Source: Mustelus asterias
Lineage: Eukaryota
Direction of reading: 5' to 3'
Length of the DNA: 64,000 nucleotides
Assembly: GCF_964213995.1 (NCBI RefSeq)
Contig: NW_027590122.1
Coordinates: 2,046,001 to 2,110,000 of the forward strand
The notes below the pieces were generated by a model that was not told the DNA's origin, searched no databases, and saw only the letters and a list, made by a program, of their open reading frames with translations. The position numbers and the translations under genes are program-made. Of this stretch, positions 62,361 to 64,000 are shown piece after piece. Position 1 is the first letter of the stretch, and every line of letters begins with the position of its first letter.

Positions 62361-63328
62361 TCAGTCCTGGATGTGATTAACAGCAGCAATAACAACAGAA
62401 TCCAACTTATGAACTCGCTGGTGCATTAGCAGGCTAGATGACTGGGTGAATCGCTTCCCACACACAGAGCAGGCGAATGGTCTCTCCCCGGTGTGAACTC
62501 GCTGGTGTGTTATTAGCTGGGATAACTGAGTGAATCCCTTCCCACACTCAGTGCATGTGAACGGCCTCTCTCCAGAGTGAACTCGTTGGTGTGTCAGCAA
62601 GTTGGATGACTGAGTGAATCCCTTCCCACACACAGAGCAGGGGAATGGCCTCTCCCCAGTGTGAACTCGCTGGTGTATCAGCAAGTTGTAGGAATTAATG
62701 AATCCCTTCCCACAAGCAGGGCAGGTTAATGGCCTCTCGCCAGTATGAATCCGCTGGTGTCTCAGCAGGTTATAGGAATTAGTGAATCCTTTCCCACAGT
62801 CAGAACAGGTGAACGGCTCTCCCCCGTGTGAATTCGCTGGTGCGTAAGCAGGTTGGATGAATCACTGAATCCTTTCCCACAGTCAGAGCAGGTGAACGGT
62901 CTCTCCCCAGAGTGAATTCGCTGGTGTGTCTGCAGGTTGGACAACCGAGTGAATCCCTTCCCACACTGAGAGCAGGTGAATGGCCTCTCCCCAGTGTGAA
63001 CTCGCTGGTGTGCCCGAAGGTTGGCTGATTGACTGAATCCCTTCCCACACTCAGAGCAGGTGAATGGCCTCTCCCCAGTGTGAACATACTGGTGTGCCAA
63101 TAAGGCCGATGAATCACAGAATCGCTTTCCACACACAAAGCAGATGAACGGCCTTTCCCCAGTGTGAACTCGCTGATGTGTCAGGAGGGCCGATGAGTGA
63201 GTGAATCCCTTCCCACATTTGGAGCAGGTGAATGGGCGCTCCCCAGTGTGGCTGCGTCGATGTTTCTCGAGTGCAGACGGGGATTGGAATCTCTTCCCAC
63301 AGTCCCCACATTTCCATGGTTTTTCCAT
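62361..63328 (-). pseudogene. C2H2 zinc-finger ZNF-8 (11 fingers; 1-bp frameshift near 62818, pseudogene or sequencing error; subfamily B)
   Basis: [10 protein letters not shown] 6-finger ORF at 62762-63328; GGGGAGAG-CCGTTC lacks one base; 5 further fingers continue in the 62361-62684 frame. Confidence 0.85.
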
Positions 63329-64000
63329 GGCGCTGGTGTCCTTGTGTCTCTCCAGGTTGGATGGTCAGTTGAAGCCTCATCCACACACAGAACACCTGTA
63401 CAGTCTCTGCACGCTGTGAACGGTCTAATATGTTTGTGGAGCTGTATAGCGAGTTAAAGCTTTCTCCAGTCAGTGCACCGGAACACTCTCACTTGGGTGT
63501 GTGTACATCTCGGTGCTTTTCCAATCACATTGAAGTTTGAAGCAGACAGAACAACCAATATTTCTGCTTTTAGATTCAATGTCCGATGATATTCAGGTCA
63601 AGTGAATTGCAGATTCTGTCAGATCTTGAGTTGAGGCAAATCCTCGCCTTCTAATATTCTGGAGAAGGAGTTTACAAAGATCATTAGTATCAGTAAAGGA
63701 TAGACATTCAGAACAGACAATTCGAGTTTCCATGGAACATTCTTTCCTCTCTCATTCCCCAAAATCTGTAAATCTCCATTCCACACACACTCCCTCCATT
63801 CTCACTTTGCTGTACCTAATATACACGCTCCCAGATCCATGCTCATTGTTTGCTGTCCTGGAGGCAGAGATCATAAGAAATGGGAGTAAAAAGGAGGCCA
63901 TTTACTCCATCAAGCTTGCTCTGCAATTCAGTGAGACCATGGCTGACCTGATCTGGCTTTAACTGCACTTTCCTGCCAGTTACCCATTCCTCTTGACTTC

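Overview
Eukaryotic genomic DNA, most likely a cartilaginous fish (shark or ray). This is inferred from the HE1-like V-SINEs, Deu-SINE remnants and the CR1/L2/Rex-Babar/Tx1/Penelope repeat mix. Layout: (1) 1-8.7 kb is low-complexity CT/C-rich sequence with an assembly gap and local duplications. (2) 8790-17856 is a young class I (gamma/epsilon-like) endogenous retrovirus with about 98% identical 827/828-bp LTRs, a tRNA-Ser-like PBS, an amber readthrough gag-pol junction and a PPT. It carries an extra two-HxT (2H phosphoesterase-like) domain between protease and RT. It also has an internal gag deletion, an in-frame deletion fusing the integrase CxxC to the Env SU CxxC position, and no target-site duplication. 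(3) 19-64 kb is a tandem cluster of eight C2H2 zinc-finger arrays with no visible KRAB/SCAN/BTB domain, in two subfamilies, several frameshifted. It includes a homogenised 23-finger array and CpG-rich NRF1/YY1/ETS/CCAAT promoters, one bidirectional and holding a 28-bp minisatellite of CRE palindromes. The cluster is interspersed with nested retroelements, including Penelope ends with hammerhead ribozyme motifs and a TSD-bounded solo LTR. All calls are from reading by eye; repeat boundaries are approximate unless TSDs are given.
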